A stretch of DNA of 60,835 nt, filler included, from Sluysia triapertura (lineage: Eukaryota): the NCBI GenBank assembly GCA_046118255.1. It is 5 parts of 5 records of this genome, joined end to end, with 100 filler letters (N's around TTAATTAATTAA, not from the genome) between each part and the next. Parts side by side here need not be neighbours in the genome. Positions count along the whole stretch, not along the records: positions 23,966 to 37,543 come from JBJNIA010031714.1; positions 37,644 to 48,825 come from JBJNIA010187745.1; 3 more parts are not named here. One strand, 5' to 3'. The notes beneath the pieces are model-generated. The model saw only the letters and a list, made by a program, of their open reading frames with translations. It did not search any database and was not told where the DNA came from. The position numbers and the translations under genes were made by a program. Shown here in pieces: positions 28,470 to 40,370 of the stretch (position 1 is its first letter; every line of letters begins with the position of its first letter).

Positions 28470-29055
28470 CTCTACAGCCAAATAATGTTATAAAAGGTAA
28501 GACCATAAATCATCTTCTATCATTTAGCCGAAGTTTACCACAAAATTAGAGATGTTAGATGTAAGCCACTGCATGAAACTAATAGAACTGTCACGTGATC
28601 ATATGTTGCCAGTACCGACTTCATTAACTGTATTATTCATGGTTTAGCATTATTCTTGACATCTGCCCATTCCAATATTTCGGAATTACTAACATGTATA
28701 ATGGTAGAATTAATAAAAAATCATTTGGTGTACATGTTAAAATAACTTTAAAACCTGATTTAATATCATCAAATTCAATGACATAAGGCTAACTAAAGAT
28801 TGTATTAAATACTCGTTATGTTGGGTAGTTATAGTTATTAACTGCGGATGATTATTAAGAGCATTGAGCCATAAATTTGGAATAGATTTTACTGAGTTAG
28901 CACGTCGCTGAAATAATGGTTGTCTTTTTAAATCACATTTATTCCCTACTTCTAGTATTTCTTCAACAGCTTGAGCGTTCAATTTATCAACATCGCTTTG
29001 TAATTCATCACATATTTCGATTAAAGATCTCAACATTTCATCCTGAATAACTTTG
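28470..29055 (-). pseudogene. SET: Intronless SET/TAF-I (NAP-family histone chaperone) copy with frameshifts and stops
   Basis: IEICDELQSDVDKLNAQAVEEILEVGNKCDLKRQPLFQRRANSVKSIPNLWLNALNNHPQL, then after a frameshift VIEFDDIKSGFKVILTCTPNDF, then SFMQWLT..FG*MIEDDLWSYLL*HYL. These are colinear with SET (DEVQNEIDRLNEQASEEIL..RQPFFQKR..IPNFW..NHPQ; VTEFEDIKSGY; SFFTWF..IKDDIWPNPLQYYL). Confidence 0.85.
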
Positions 29056-29574
29056 CTGTAAGTTAGTTATAAAAATTGTGGTCGACAATAAATTGATAGT
29101 ATGAAATTGTATTGTCGTAAGAAAATGATTTTAGTTGTGGTTATATATCGGAGGATTTTGCAACTGTTTATCACTAAAAGATGTATCTGCAATTTCCTTA
29201 CTATGATAATAGAATCCTGATTTTGATCTTTACGTTTAAAATTAACAACAGCAGATATCCTGCCATTTATTGGTAGTTCTTTAAATAAACTTCAAAATAA
29301 AAACATTTTCCTACATTTATGTTCAAATCATTTGGGCCGGTAAAATTGCAGTAAATGAATGTGAAACAGCAGTAGCCTTTTGTGCAGTTACAAGATAATA
29401 ATAAGACATTCTTCTGTCTTGCCTTCTACATTTTTTCGTAGTTCGGTGCTTGTGTCATGAGCTGATTCTATTGTTGAACATAATTATTCGGTATCCCCAT
29501 CTCCACTATTTGGTTTGACAATTCTTCGAACAGAGAACAAAGATTCTGCATCGTGTAAAATAGGAAAGCCCCAC

Positions 29575-29847
29575 TGTGGTTCTGTTTCATGAGTAGTTCC
29601 AGTGTGTTTAATATCTTAGCCACAATTAAGAGGATAGTACTAAGAATAACAGGCAGTTGTGAGAAAGCGAGGATAATGAAGGAAATTATGGCAGATAATT
29701 GAGAGAAATTGCTGTTAAATTATAGAAATTTCATTTTCTTCTTTTTGATTAATTTTAAACTTGAAATTATTGAAATTTAATATATTAAGTGGTTTAGGTG
29801 TTGCGTGGTTGTGTTATAGAGTATTTAAAATGAGTTGGGTCACCACA
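29575..29847 (-). repeat. 5' LTR (273 bp) with adjacent primer-binding-site-like sequence
   Basis: TGTGGT...ACCACA terminal inverted hexamers, followed after 1 nt by TGGGGCTTTCC (29573-29563). Confidence 0.65.
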
Positions 29848-30935
29848 ATTATCAAGAGATCGTATCTTCAAAACCAATTAATTATGAAATTATCAACAAT
29901 CAATTCCATTCTTTAATTCTTTAATGTCTGAATTAGATGTTAATCCAGGAAAAATAACTACCGACTTCTTTTCGTCAACAAGAAGTTAATTATGTTGGTA
30001 GTTCTTTACAGTTATCGAATATAATGTTTGAAAATCGAAGTTTAAACGAAGAAATGATTATCTAAATATTTAAGCATTTAAATGGAAATAATAATAACAC
30101 CATGAGTTCGGTAGCTTTGTGGGATTTGTTGAAATTGGCCATTCTATTTGTCGGACCCAGTGATTGTATGCTACCTTCCATTAAAAGACAATCCATACGC
30201 AAGTGAACACCGTAGAGCAATTTGGACATAGAAAAATGAAGCCGAAATTATTTTGGTAATTGAAACCATAATCGAAAAGTATTCGTAATTTTAAATGCAC
30301 AATTTCTGTCGAAAAGAAATGCGTGGAAAGTTTAGTTTATTTCGATTCTACAACACAGAGTGTACTCGCAGATGCATGTTCAACATTCGATGTTACTACA
30401 GATACAGAAATTAAAAAAAGAGGTCAGAATATAAAAGATGAAAATTCTAAATTAGCGGAAAAGGAATTTATAAATAAAAAAGTATAGAAACTCCACGCGA
30501 GAGAGATAAAAGGACCTAGATCAAGTTTTAGGATATGAAGAAAAACTGATAAAGTGAAACTAATTCTTGAGAAACGACTACAAAAATATGTATATTAAAA
30601 GTATGAAAATGTAATCTTGTCCGATAGAAAATAACATTTGTTTAACCAATAAAGAAAACATGTAAATTGAGAAATGTAAACAAAACATCATCTTTAATCA
30701 ATGGTCTTTCTGCATAATCAACGACGAAATTATGAACAATGAATTTTGCAATTATTCGCTGTCAGTTTCTAGTTGACACAGCAACGGTGCCATGCACGGA
30801 TTTAATATTCTCAATTGATGGTGCATTTATTCCATCCTTCGACAAAACCACGTCAGCTTTTTCAAGTCGCTTAAAGAAAATTAAGAAAGATAAGCATTAG
30901 ATCCAGAAAATATTCTTATTTATTTGTGATATTAC

Positions 30936-31206
30936 NNNNNNNNNNNNNNNNNNNNNNNNNNNNNNNNNNNNNNNNNNNNNNNNNNNNNNNNNNNNNNNNN
31001 NNNNNNNNNNNNNNNNNNNNNNNNNNNNNNNNNNNNNNNNNNNNNNNNNNNNNNNNNNNNNNNNNNNNNNNNNNNNNNNNNNNNNNNNNNNNNNNNNNNN
31101 NNNNNNNNNNNNNNNNNNNNNNNNNNNNNNNNNNNNNNNNNNNNNNNNNNNNNNNNNNNNNNNNNNNNNNNNNNNNNNNNNNNNNNNNNNNNNNNNNNNN
31201 NNNNNN
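30936..31206. other. Assembly gap
   Basis: Run of N. Confidence 0.95.
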
Positions 31207-31889
31207 ATTATAATAATATTAGTAATAATAATATTGATAATATAATAATAATAATTATTATTCATCCTCGGGAATTGGTAATGCGGATTTCCAAAGTAGC
31301 GATTGGCTCTGCCAGGAATTTAACATTGGAATCAGTTACTAGTGGTCCAAATCGAGTAGAACAAAAAGAATGCTTGAAGAATGTTGTTGATATTATTGTT
31401 GCAACATCGAATTTTGATGAGGCAGAAAGGAAAATGGAAACCAAATTTCTAGCTCAAGCTAAGGAAGTATTTTTTGCTTTTAGATGAAATTTCAGTGTTT
31501 AATGATGTTAATTGGCAAAGTTATTTTTAAATCACATAATGATGACAACTATTCAATTTTCTCCATATATAAAGTATTTGATTTTGACTATTTTTATAAA
31601 AATTTTTTGTATAGTAGATTTTTGTTGTAAAGTAAATTCAAATTATTTTCAGAAATTTTTGTTTAATAATTTTAATAGTATAAAGAACCTTAAGTCCATT
31701 TTCGTTAATTGGGAATATAATATTCATACTTTTAAAAATGGAATGGGCCTTAAGCCCAACTTTTATAGTCTCATTTACAATTATTTTATTATAATTCATA
31801 ACATAATTTCATTCATTATAACCCGGCCATTTAATGGTTTCGCGTAAACAAAAATAACAATTATGGAGGTTATATAAAACGTTAAATAA

Positions 31890-32197
31890 AGCTGCAATGT
31901 TTCAAAAATAGCAATCTGTTTCACACATCACGAACATGGTTCGAATAACGCCAGCTGCTTTGAGCACATCGCGGTAAAATTGACTATCTCCGTCTGTAAT
32001 TCTATCAAAACTTTTATAAAGATTTTGCATCAGAATTTTGCATCATCTTCAAAAATTTTTTGAAAATAAACACTTTGATAACTCAATATTAATTTGTGGG
32101 CTTGAACCAATGAATCAGGTGTTTTAATTACAGTATCGGTCAAATTTTTTTATTCAGATATATCTTCTCTTTGTTACCTTTCAAAAATGTTACCCAT
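31890..32197 (-). pseudogene. BTB/POZ-domain pseudogene
   Basis: LTDTVIKTPDSLVQAHKLILSYQSVYFQKIF matches the BTB consensus D....F.AHK.IL...S.YF..MF. Frameshifts and stops are present. Confidence 0.7.
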
Positions 32198-32699
32198 CTT
32201 TTAAAAATTAATCGCAAAAAGTAATATTAAAACAAAAATTTAAATTATACATTTCTTAACGTTAATTATACAAAATAAAGAGAACAGCACGCAATAGATT
32301 AATCATTTTGCAGTGTAAACTGCAAATAAATGTGTTCTAACGTTGGTTGAGATTTAGATTGTGGTTTACCATTTAGTACATTCGGTTGTGATTTAAGTTG
32401 TATTTTATTATTTAAAAATCTTAATTTTAAATTACAATCACGATTATCAATTAAGTTCTTTATATCATTTAAAATTGGATAACTTGTCAACTTCTTAAAA
32501 ATTTTAATTAAATTTAAATTTACTTCAGTAACACATGAAGAACGAAAAAAATTTTATTTAAGTTAAAAGTTTGTTTGATATTCGTCATTTCTTGCACGTG
32601 TCTCGATCTTAGACTTTTAACACTCCTAAAAAATAATAACATATATGAATAAATGTTTGTAGAAATAATAACACAATCAAAATTAAAAGTTAAAATTAC

Positions 32700-33879
32700 T
32701 TTTGAATCGTTTTCGTTCATGCAGTGAGCATAGACCATAGTCAAAGATAATATCGAAGAAGAGTTTTTGAAAAGACGATATTTAGAAGACTTCCGCCGAT
32801 AACTTCGAATGTTTGTCTTTGAGATTTTTGTTGAGGTGTAAAATCGATTAATATATGACATTTGTTTAAATCTGTTTGACTTAACATTGATTCATCATTT
32901 AACTTCTCTATGCATACTAATGAATTAAGACCGATGATGCTAAATGGAACTGTTGTCAATTTTACCAATATAACGAATGATTCCTCAAATTGTTTGTTTT
33001 TGCATAATATTCTTGAATATTGACAATTAATTTCGGAACTTACTATTGAGTCTTCCTTCACTAAGTGTGCTGATTTAACTAACATTAGAGCTAACTTGAA
33101 ACCCTCATTATGCGAACAAGCTTGAACTACTTGTAATCCCGATTTAATAACTAAATCGCATATTTGGTTAATGACCTCATCTCTCTTAGGACTTCCGTAG
33201 TCATTATCGTGATTGTAAATTGTCAGTGATGGCTTGAGAAGCATAAAATTCGATGCATCGTTATCTATATATAAATACGAATAGAAATTGTTCATTTCAG
33301 TACTGACGCTATTTGCTACTTCGTGAGAATTTATAGAATGACTATCGTCATTGAATCTTCGGAATTTTATATGAATGCTAGATAACCAAAAATCTGGATT
33401 TCCATTATTATTTTGAAAATGGTTCTCACTTGTCGAAAGTGGAGTCTTTCATTTAATAGACATCTTGTCTGCATTCTGGTACACCCTGATGATATTACGT
33501 ATAAGTTTAGTAAGAATTGTTCCAGATTATCAAAATACATTGGATTAGCTTTTGTGAGATATTCTAAAATAAATCGTTGTAACTCATAAGTTAATTTGAA
33601 TGAATTCTGTAACTTCATTTTATCAGTTTTATGGTTTTGTTCGTACAAACTACGCAATCTATAAACATCAGTAATAGTAAACAGTAACACTTTTAATACA
33701 CTAAAAGAAACATCTTGTATTAAAAACACTCCGGTTGACTTTCCTTTTACTACTTTAATCTTTGTAGACAAAGTTTTAGCATAATTAATAACATTTAATA
33801 AGGAAAATTCTAAATCGCTTATTTCATTCAGTATAATTTGCAGACAATTTAATTCGTTTTTCAAAATACTTTTGTTCAT
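32700..33879 (-). pseudogene. Orphan gene or pseudogene split into 170-aa and 184-aa ORFs
   Basis: Adjacent co-oriented long ORFs with protein-like composition; no recognised domain. Confidence 0.45.
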
Positions 33880-34292
33880 TTTTAATTTTTTAACTCAGAA
33901 ATCGGTAAGGTAACTTTTGTTATTTTTACAATCGTTATTTTATGACAATAAGTAAAATAGTTGACAAAAAATTTTTTAGCTGTTGAGAATGGCTGCCCAA
34001 TTAAAAGAAGAGAAGCTAACGTTGTGTGTAATTTTTATGGGGCAGTCAGTAAAATATTTAGTACAAGGAAAATAAGGCATGTAATGAGCTGTAAACGCAA
34101 CCACTATCAATTGTGACAATAAGCTGTACATATGAATTAATAATAAAATTAAAAACAGTGATAATGATAATAATAACAATAATGTTATTATTATTAAATG
34201 CATAAATCTTTTGCAAATTTCATGATCTTTCTGAATTTCTTTTATTTCTAAACATTTAAAGTTCTTAACATAATTTAAATATCTTTATTTAC

Positions 34293-34682
34293 TGTGATGC
34301 TAGTTCTTTTTTGATTACTATGTTTTAAATTGATTTTATAATGTGACTTTGATATTTTTCGATGATCTACAAGATTGACTGTTGAAAAATTATGAACTTG
34401 AAATGTTTTAGATTAGTTTTAAATGTATATTTGATAGTTTAAGGTGTAAATTGTTGTTTTAATGTTGTGAGATTATAAGTTAAAATGTCCTAAATGAAAT
34501 TTAAATGTGCATTAATGATTTTGGATATAAGTATGGTTTTGGTGTAAGATTGTGAATTTAAAATGTTTTGAAATGTAAAAAGGTTTTAATATGTCTAGGA
34601 AAGTGAAATGTAAGATGTAAGAATATATGATATTCTGTATGAATTAATAGTTTGAATTCCAAGTGAAAGGTTGGCCATCACA
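34293..34682 (-). mobile_element. Solo LTR-like element
   Basis: TGTGATG...CATCACA terminal inverted repeats and strong strand-composition skew, as in the other LTR-like repeats. Flanks TTTAC/CTAAC match only partly. Confidence 0.5.
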
Positions 34683-35176
34683 CTAACAGTTCAAGGACTT
34701 AATTACCATTTTTACATTTTGACTGTTAACAAATTATATAAACAGGAAAATAAAATTATTCTGAAATGCTTCTATATATCTCGTCACATTTTTAATTGAT
34801 TCTAATTTATTAAAGTAGCTCGACGATGATACATTTTTTAGAGACATCATGTTCAGTATTACACTAAGATGTTCATTAAATTTGTATAATAAACAGTAAT
34901 TTATCACCCATTTTACCAGGTTCTGTTATTGTCAAATACAACCTCAAAACTTTTCCTAAACTGTGAATCTTTAATAGGAATTGTTTGTAATGATGCTATT
35001 CTTTCATAATAACCAGAATTTCTCATAAAGACCACGACAGGAATTTGAGAAACAATTTCATCTACATTTTGTGTTTTAAAATCTTCGAGTTCATCCATTA
35101 TTAATTATCAATTTTGATTAATTGAATTGTATTTTTATTCCACATAATAAATTGTGTAGGGAATTAAAATTTCAGG

Positions 35177-35428
35177 TGTGCTGCTAAAGTGGACGAAAGA
35201 GATATCAACAAGAACATCTATTATTAATTTATAAATAATAAAACTTGTAGATTAGTATGGTTTTATATATCGTATGATGATGAAGATAGAAATTGTTTCT
35301 TTAGACCAGCGACAGATTTTAATTGCTATTGTGGGAGAATTGAATTTTCATTGCAAGAATTATACGATAATGTCGATATTTTATTAACGAACGACACTCT
35401 TCATATTCGAGTTGACGCTGGTGTTTAA
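35177..35428 (+). pseudogene. TRAF-type MATH domain C-terminal fragment
   Basis: CFFRPATDFNCYCGRIEFSLQELYDNVDILLTNDTLHIRVDAGV* resembles TRAF FQRP...N...G...F......DDTIFIRV. The upstream VLLKW frame is interrupted by stops. Confidence 0.55.
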
Positions 35429-35773
35429 CTGTGACAATTTATATTTTTACATTAATTAAATGTGCGATCAACAATGACGATAAATATGACGCACTTCTTA
35501 AGGGGTTGGAATTAATAGAAGTACACTTTGTCAATTAACTTAATTAAAATCTTTGAAATTAATTAAATAGAAGCAGTAAATACAAAATTAATTTTTAATA
35601 ATGATACATTTTAATTAGTTCTAAATGTTATTATTTGTTGAATCATACAATTTCTGCTGATATTTATACTAAATTCTTTGACCTTAAATGATCCTTCATT
35701 ATTAATATTATTATTGTGTCAGTATTATTATTATTAATATGTTATTATTGTCATGTTAGCTTTAATTCTTTTC

Positions 35774-35945
35774 TATACGAATTCTTCTGACAATTGTTTA
35801 TAAAGATCCTGCTCCACTCCGTTAAATTTTCTCATTTCTGGTAGTGACATCGTAGCACGAATATCTCTGGCTAATTGAGCCATATATTCTCTAAAGTTGT
35901 AAAGCCATGCCATTGTTACTGTACGATATCTAAGTTGAGTTTGAT
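35774..35945 (-). CDS. Possible exon of an unknown gene (may link to 34913-35098)
   Basis: Open coding-like frame YRTVTMAWLYNFREYMAQLARDIRATMSLPEMRKFNGVEQDLYKQLSEEF. Confidence 0.3.
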
Positions 35946-36340
35946 AATCGTCTTAATAGCAACTTATGTAACTTAAAATCTTATAAATCATTCTTATAAT
36001 TGTTGTTGGGGTTAATAAAATAAATATAAACTTATAAAATTTATCACTTGTAATAAACCTATAGAATTTATGTCTTATGTCAGTTATTCTTATATGATGC
36101 TCCTCACTCTGGCACCAGTTTTATTGAGGAGGAAAAGAGTTATGAAAATATAAATTGTAAAGTGAGTCCATCTGCGATCCTTAAGGGCTACTTGGTATGA
36201 TTTTTATTTGTAAGATATTTTCTTAATGGAGATCAATCTTATATATTTGCAGCTAATGTTTAAGGCCATTCTAACTGTCTTTTAATGCCAATCGATTTGT
36301 TGTCCGCTCATAAGCGAGATTAAATGGTAAATATTTTATG

Positions 36341-36578
36341 TGTTGTGTCTTTTATACTTTTATTTTAAATTATCAAACTATAACCCAATAATTAAAGAAA
36401 TTCAGAATCTCAATATGTCACAATTATATAGTAAAAATTCTTATACATTAATACACTTTTATATAAATATAACTAATAAAGTTCTTTAAACAAAACACCT
36501 TCAATATATAGTTTTACTGTCAACTTTAAAATTATGAATCTCTAATATTAATAAATCACAACATGGGACGACACAACT
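36341..36578 (+). repeat. LTR-like repeat (second partial copy at ~37443-37543)
   Basis: TGTTGTGTC...GACACAAC termini. The first ~90 bp are homologous to the sequence just before the 37544 spacer. Confidence 0.45.
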
Positions 36579-37543
36579 TAAATGAAATCAATAAAAAAAG
36601 AAATAAAATATACAAACTACGAACTCCTTTTTCTTATTAAAATCCCCCATATGTATTTTAGTTTTCTGCTGAAGAATAAACCTCCATTTCAATGTTTTCC
36701 ACAAATGAATTGAGACAATGTCTCTAAAACTACAAGAGTCTTCGAGTTTTTCTTTATCTGTCTTATTTTTCTGTTTATCTGCATAAAATATGACTGTTTT
36801 TACGATAATTTAGGAAATTGGAAATTGGACAAGACAGATATTAAAACTGTTCATTCTTATTAGTCGGTGATGATTCGACCAATTTTTCTGATTAAATTTC
36901 ACCAGTAATTTCCTTCTTTGTTCAATTGCATTCTCTTTATAATTATCTTAAGATAATGTTATTTTCACAACATCATTAAATTAAATTTTAATATTACTAT
37001 GATGTAGCTATTCTATCAATAATGCAATTTGTTAACTTAAATTAAGGATAAAATTAATGAAATAATAAATTTATTTTTCTATAATAATCTTTTGTATAAT
37101 ATGTCGTGCGTCAAATGTACATTGTACATCAAGTTCAATAATATATTTGAATTGATTCGTTCATGAATTACTATTTATTCGATAATTGTTACTTCATTTT
37201 TTACTTTTATTTCGTCGAGGGAAATGTTTTCAATTTGGTATGATTCCTTACTTTACTGATTGGTCAATTAAATAATTCACAAATTTAAACTTTTAAACTT
37301 TTAATTCGATGCAAATTCGTTAAGGTCTATTAAAAAACAATTAATATTACTGTAAATACAAAATGAATACAAAATAGATACAAAGAATATATAAAAGATA
37401 TAAAGGTTTAAGGCTCAGGATAACTTAATAAGATGAACGTTATGTTGTGTCTTTTATCACTTTTAATTTCCCAGATTATTAGATTAGAACTCAATAACTA
37501 AATAAACTCAAAATCTCGATATATTCGTTATATTATCACAAAA

Positions 37544-37643
37544 NNNNNNNNNNNNNNNNNNNNNNNNNNNNNNNNNNNNNNNNNNNNTTAATTAATTAAN
37601 NNNNNNNNNNNNNNNNNNNNNNNNNNNNNNNNNNNNNNNNNNN
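37544..37643. other. Artificial scaffold spacer followed by (ATT)n
   Basis: N-TTAATTAATTAA-N; microsatellite at 37644-37720. Confidence 0.95.
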
Positions 37644-37696
<53 letters not shown>

Positions 37697-37989
37697 ATTA
37701 ATATTAATATTATTATTATTCCTATTATTAAAATCGTTAATTTCCATAAAATAGAAAATATTTCTAAAAAAACTTATTTTCGAACAAAGTAACATTTTCT
37801 AAATAAGAAAAAGAAAATTCTAGAATTTTCAAGAAATTCTATTAATTTTGATTGGCTGATGACTGGTATATACATACTAGAATAAGCTCAATTTAATAAC
37901 AATTTAACAATACTAGTATAATTAGTTATTCATCTTTTCAAAGATAACAAACAAATCCAAAATTAATTTTATTATTTTCAAAAAATTTT

Positions 37990-40370
37990 GCACAAGGACA
38001 CTTGGACAGTTTGCTCCCTGATTTTGAATTACCTTTTATTCGCTGATTTTAGTAAGTTACTTTGACTCTCATAGTCAAAATATTGAAATCTAACTTCAAA
38101 TTTTTTTGGATTCATTTTTCTCACCACGGTTTAATGAGAAAAATTCATTACTAAAATTAAAAGAGAAAAATTTTTAATTATAAATTATAATCTATTATTG
38201 TTATGAATATCTGGTATAATTTTTTAATGCATTTAGTAATAAATTTTCAAGACTTTATTATTAAATTTGTAATTTAACTAATTTTAAATTTTGATAGCGA
38301 GGTATTAATAAAACTGAAATTACAAGTTGAGTTAGATTCCAAGAATTATCGATTTAAGATCTTAAGCATAAGACCCTTTAACCATTACAGAATAAGGATA
38401 ATTACCAGTGTAGAAAATGTTAAACTAAATTTTTAAGTTAAAAACGATTATTTTAGTTACAGAAACGCCCACTCTAAATCATACGTCGTTTACTGCAACC
38501 GGACCCTGTTCAATTTTATTTTGCGATAGGTTAAGAGTTGAGAAAACAGCATAGAAAGTGAATATCCTAAAATATGCGTATTAAAATAAAATTATGGAAT
38601 TCTAAACTATGGTAATCAATTTAAAGCATTTAAAAAATGATTTTAATCATTGGAAATCTGTATTACTATTTATAGAAATGATGAAAATAGTAATTATCAC
38701 ACTTATGCTGCATCTGATCTTTTCTCAGTAAATCGATTATTTAACGTTTAAAATTATCATAAGTAAGAGCACATCTAGAAGAAATTTCATGCAAACAACA
38801 AATTTTTTGAGTTATATTCAGGGCATCTGTCCTATTTGCCATACCATAGGTATGTCAGTGCATATATATTTATACAAATTAAAATTTTTCTCTAAGATTT
38901 TCAAAATTGTTATTTAATGAAATATGTAAAAAAATAACTTGTCAGCTAAGACTTGTTGTTCATTAATTCCAACGTTAAATAAATATGGATGAAGATGAAG
39001 TCTGACTCTTTTTTTCATTTTAACTTCAATAGGAACATACTTCCAATTAAGTTCCGAGCAAAAAACCTGAAATATTTACAACATAATAATAATTACTATT
39101 ATATAATTTAGACTTTTAGAGCAATTTTTATTTTTTGTTAAATAATTCAAACATTCTATTTATTCAGTTAAAGTGCATGCAATCCCCACTCAGTAATTAT
39201 AGTAATCCCGACAGTTAAAATTAAATTAATTACATTATTCTTATGCTTTTTAATTTTATTTTATAATTATAAATCCATTTCAAGTTTCAATTATATAAAT
39301 TTAAATTACTTTCGGCATAATTTTCAATTTAATTCTTCATTATCACTTTTACTTTATAATCCTTCTAAGAGTTTAAGACGTTAAATTAAATGTGTGACAA
39401 TTAATTTAAAATAATTTCAAATGACACAATCGACATAACTATTTTATAATTATGCAATGTACTTTATAAATCTGAAGAGTCTATGAGTTTATTTTAATAT
39501 TTCAGGTGATTGTAATTACTAAGTAAGAATGTAATGATTGATTTACTTGAATAAATCTCAACTTTTTCTTGTTTGAAAATTATGCAAATTTATAAAAATC
39601 CTCAAGAAAATCAAGCACTAATTTTCCCAACAGGAGTCAGGACTAACTTAAGACGAACTGAATGTCTACATATAATTCCAGAAGCATAAAATAATTCAAA
39701 TGAAGTATAAAAGGCAATTCAGACTTCAATAATGCCACATTATTATAAATCAATATTTTAGCTGTTATTTAAATCATTAATATACACATAATATTCAAAC
39801 AGCAATAAGGTCATTTGTTGTTACTTAATAATATCAAATCGATCTTGTAATTTTAATTTTTTTCAACGTATATATTAACACTAAATTTAAAAATAAAATA
39901 AAAATTTCAAATTAATTAAAGCATTTAACCTCCACAGTATTAATATTGATAAATAGAAAACCAGGAGACTTTGATTCGTTACATAATACAAATAAATTAA
40001 AATTCGATAATTTGTCAATAACCCATTTCCAGTCATCCATAATACCAAGTTCGTAACTATAACTGGATAGAAGTCCTTCAAAATATAATGGAATACCGCA
40101 TTTTATCATTTGTATCCATGTTTCAGTGCTTACCCAACTTCCGATAGCTAACATTATACCGGATAAAACAGTTGATAGTAACTAAATAAAAAAAAACATT
40201 TAAAAAAAATGATTACTTGACTAAATACAACATGTTCTCTAAAACAAAATTCATTCCATAATGTTAACATCTCATTTGAATGTAGTGTATTAAAAATTTT
40301 TGACCATAACATATTCATTGATTGAAAATCAACTTTTTCCATTGATCTTACCAATCTTTCACAAAAAGTT
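37990..40370 (-). CDS. Multi-exon gene of unknown product (partly degenerate?)
   Basis: Series of AG/GT-bounded coding-like exons (~40370-40217, 40154-39930, 39067-38940), e.g. LWNEFCFREHVVFSQ and VFCSELNWKYVPIEVKMKKRVRLHLHPYLF. Some segments contain stops. Confidence 0.4.

Larger units (their letters stand above)
26900..29847 (-). mobile_element. Degenerate Ty3/Gypsy LTR retrotransposon (LTR, PBS-like site, SET insert, RT, RNase H, integrase remnants)
   Basis: RT: FQ...SYLDDTLFF and KLKSLLGFA (28450-28230). RNase H: TIHKPLMYL and LALAEYDIEIY (27700-27610). Integrase-like: ITLDLCYP..LLFAIITCAYSQ (27430-27320). The order RT-RH-IN is the Gypsy order. Confidence 0.75.

Noticed and set aside
1-29847. 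Giant 30-kb TIR element (Polinton-like) formed by the inverted repeats at 1 and 29847
   Set aside because: Similarity is patchy beyond 18 bp, the interval crosses two artificial spacers and contains ordinary host genes, and no polB or capsid is visible.
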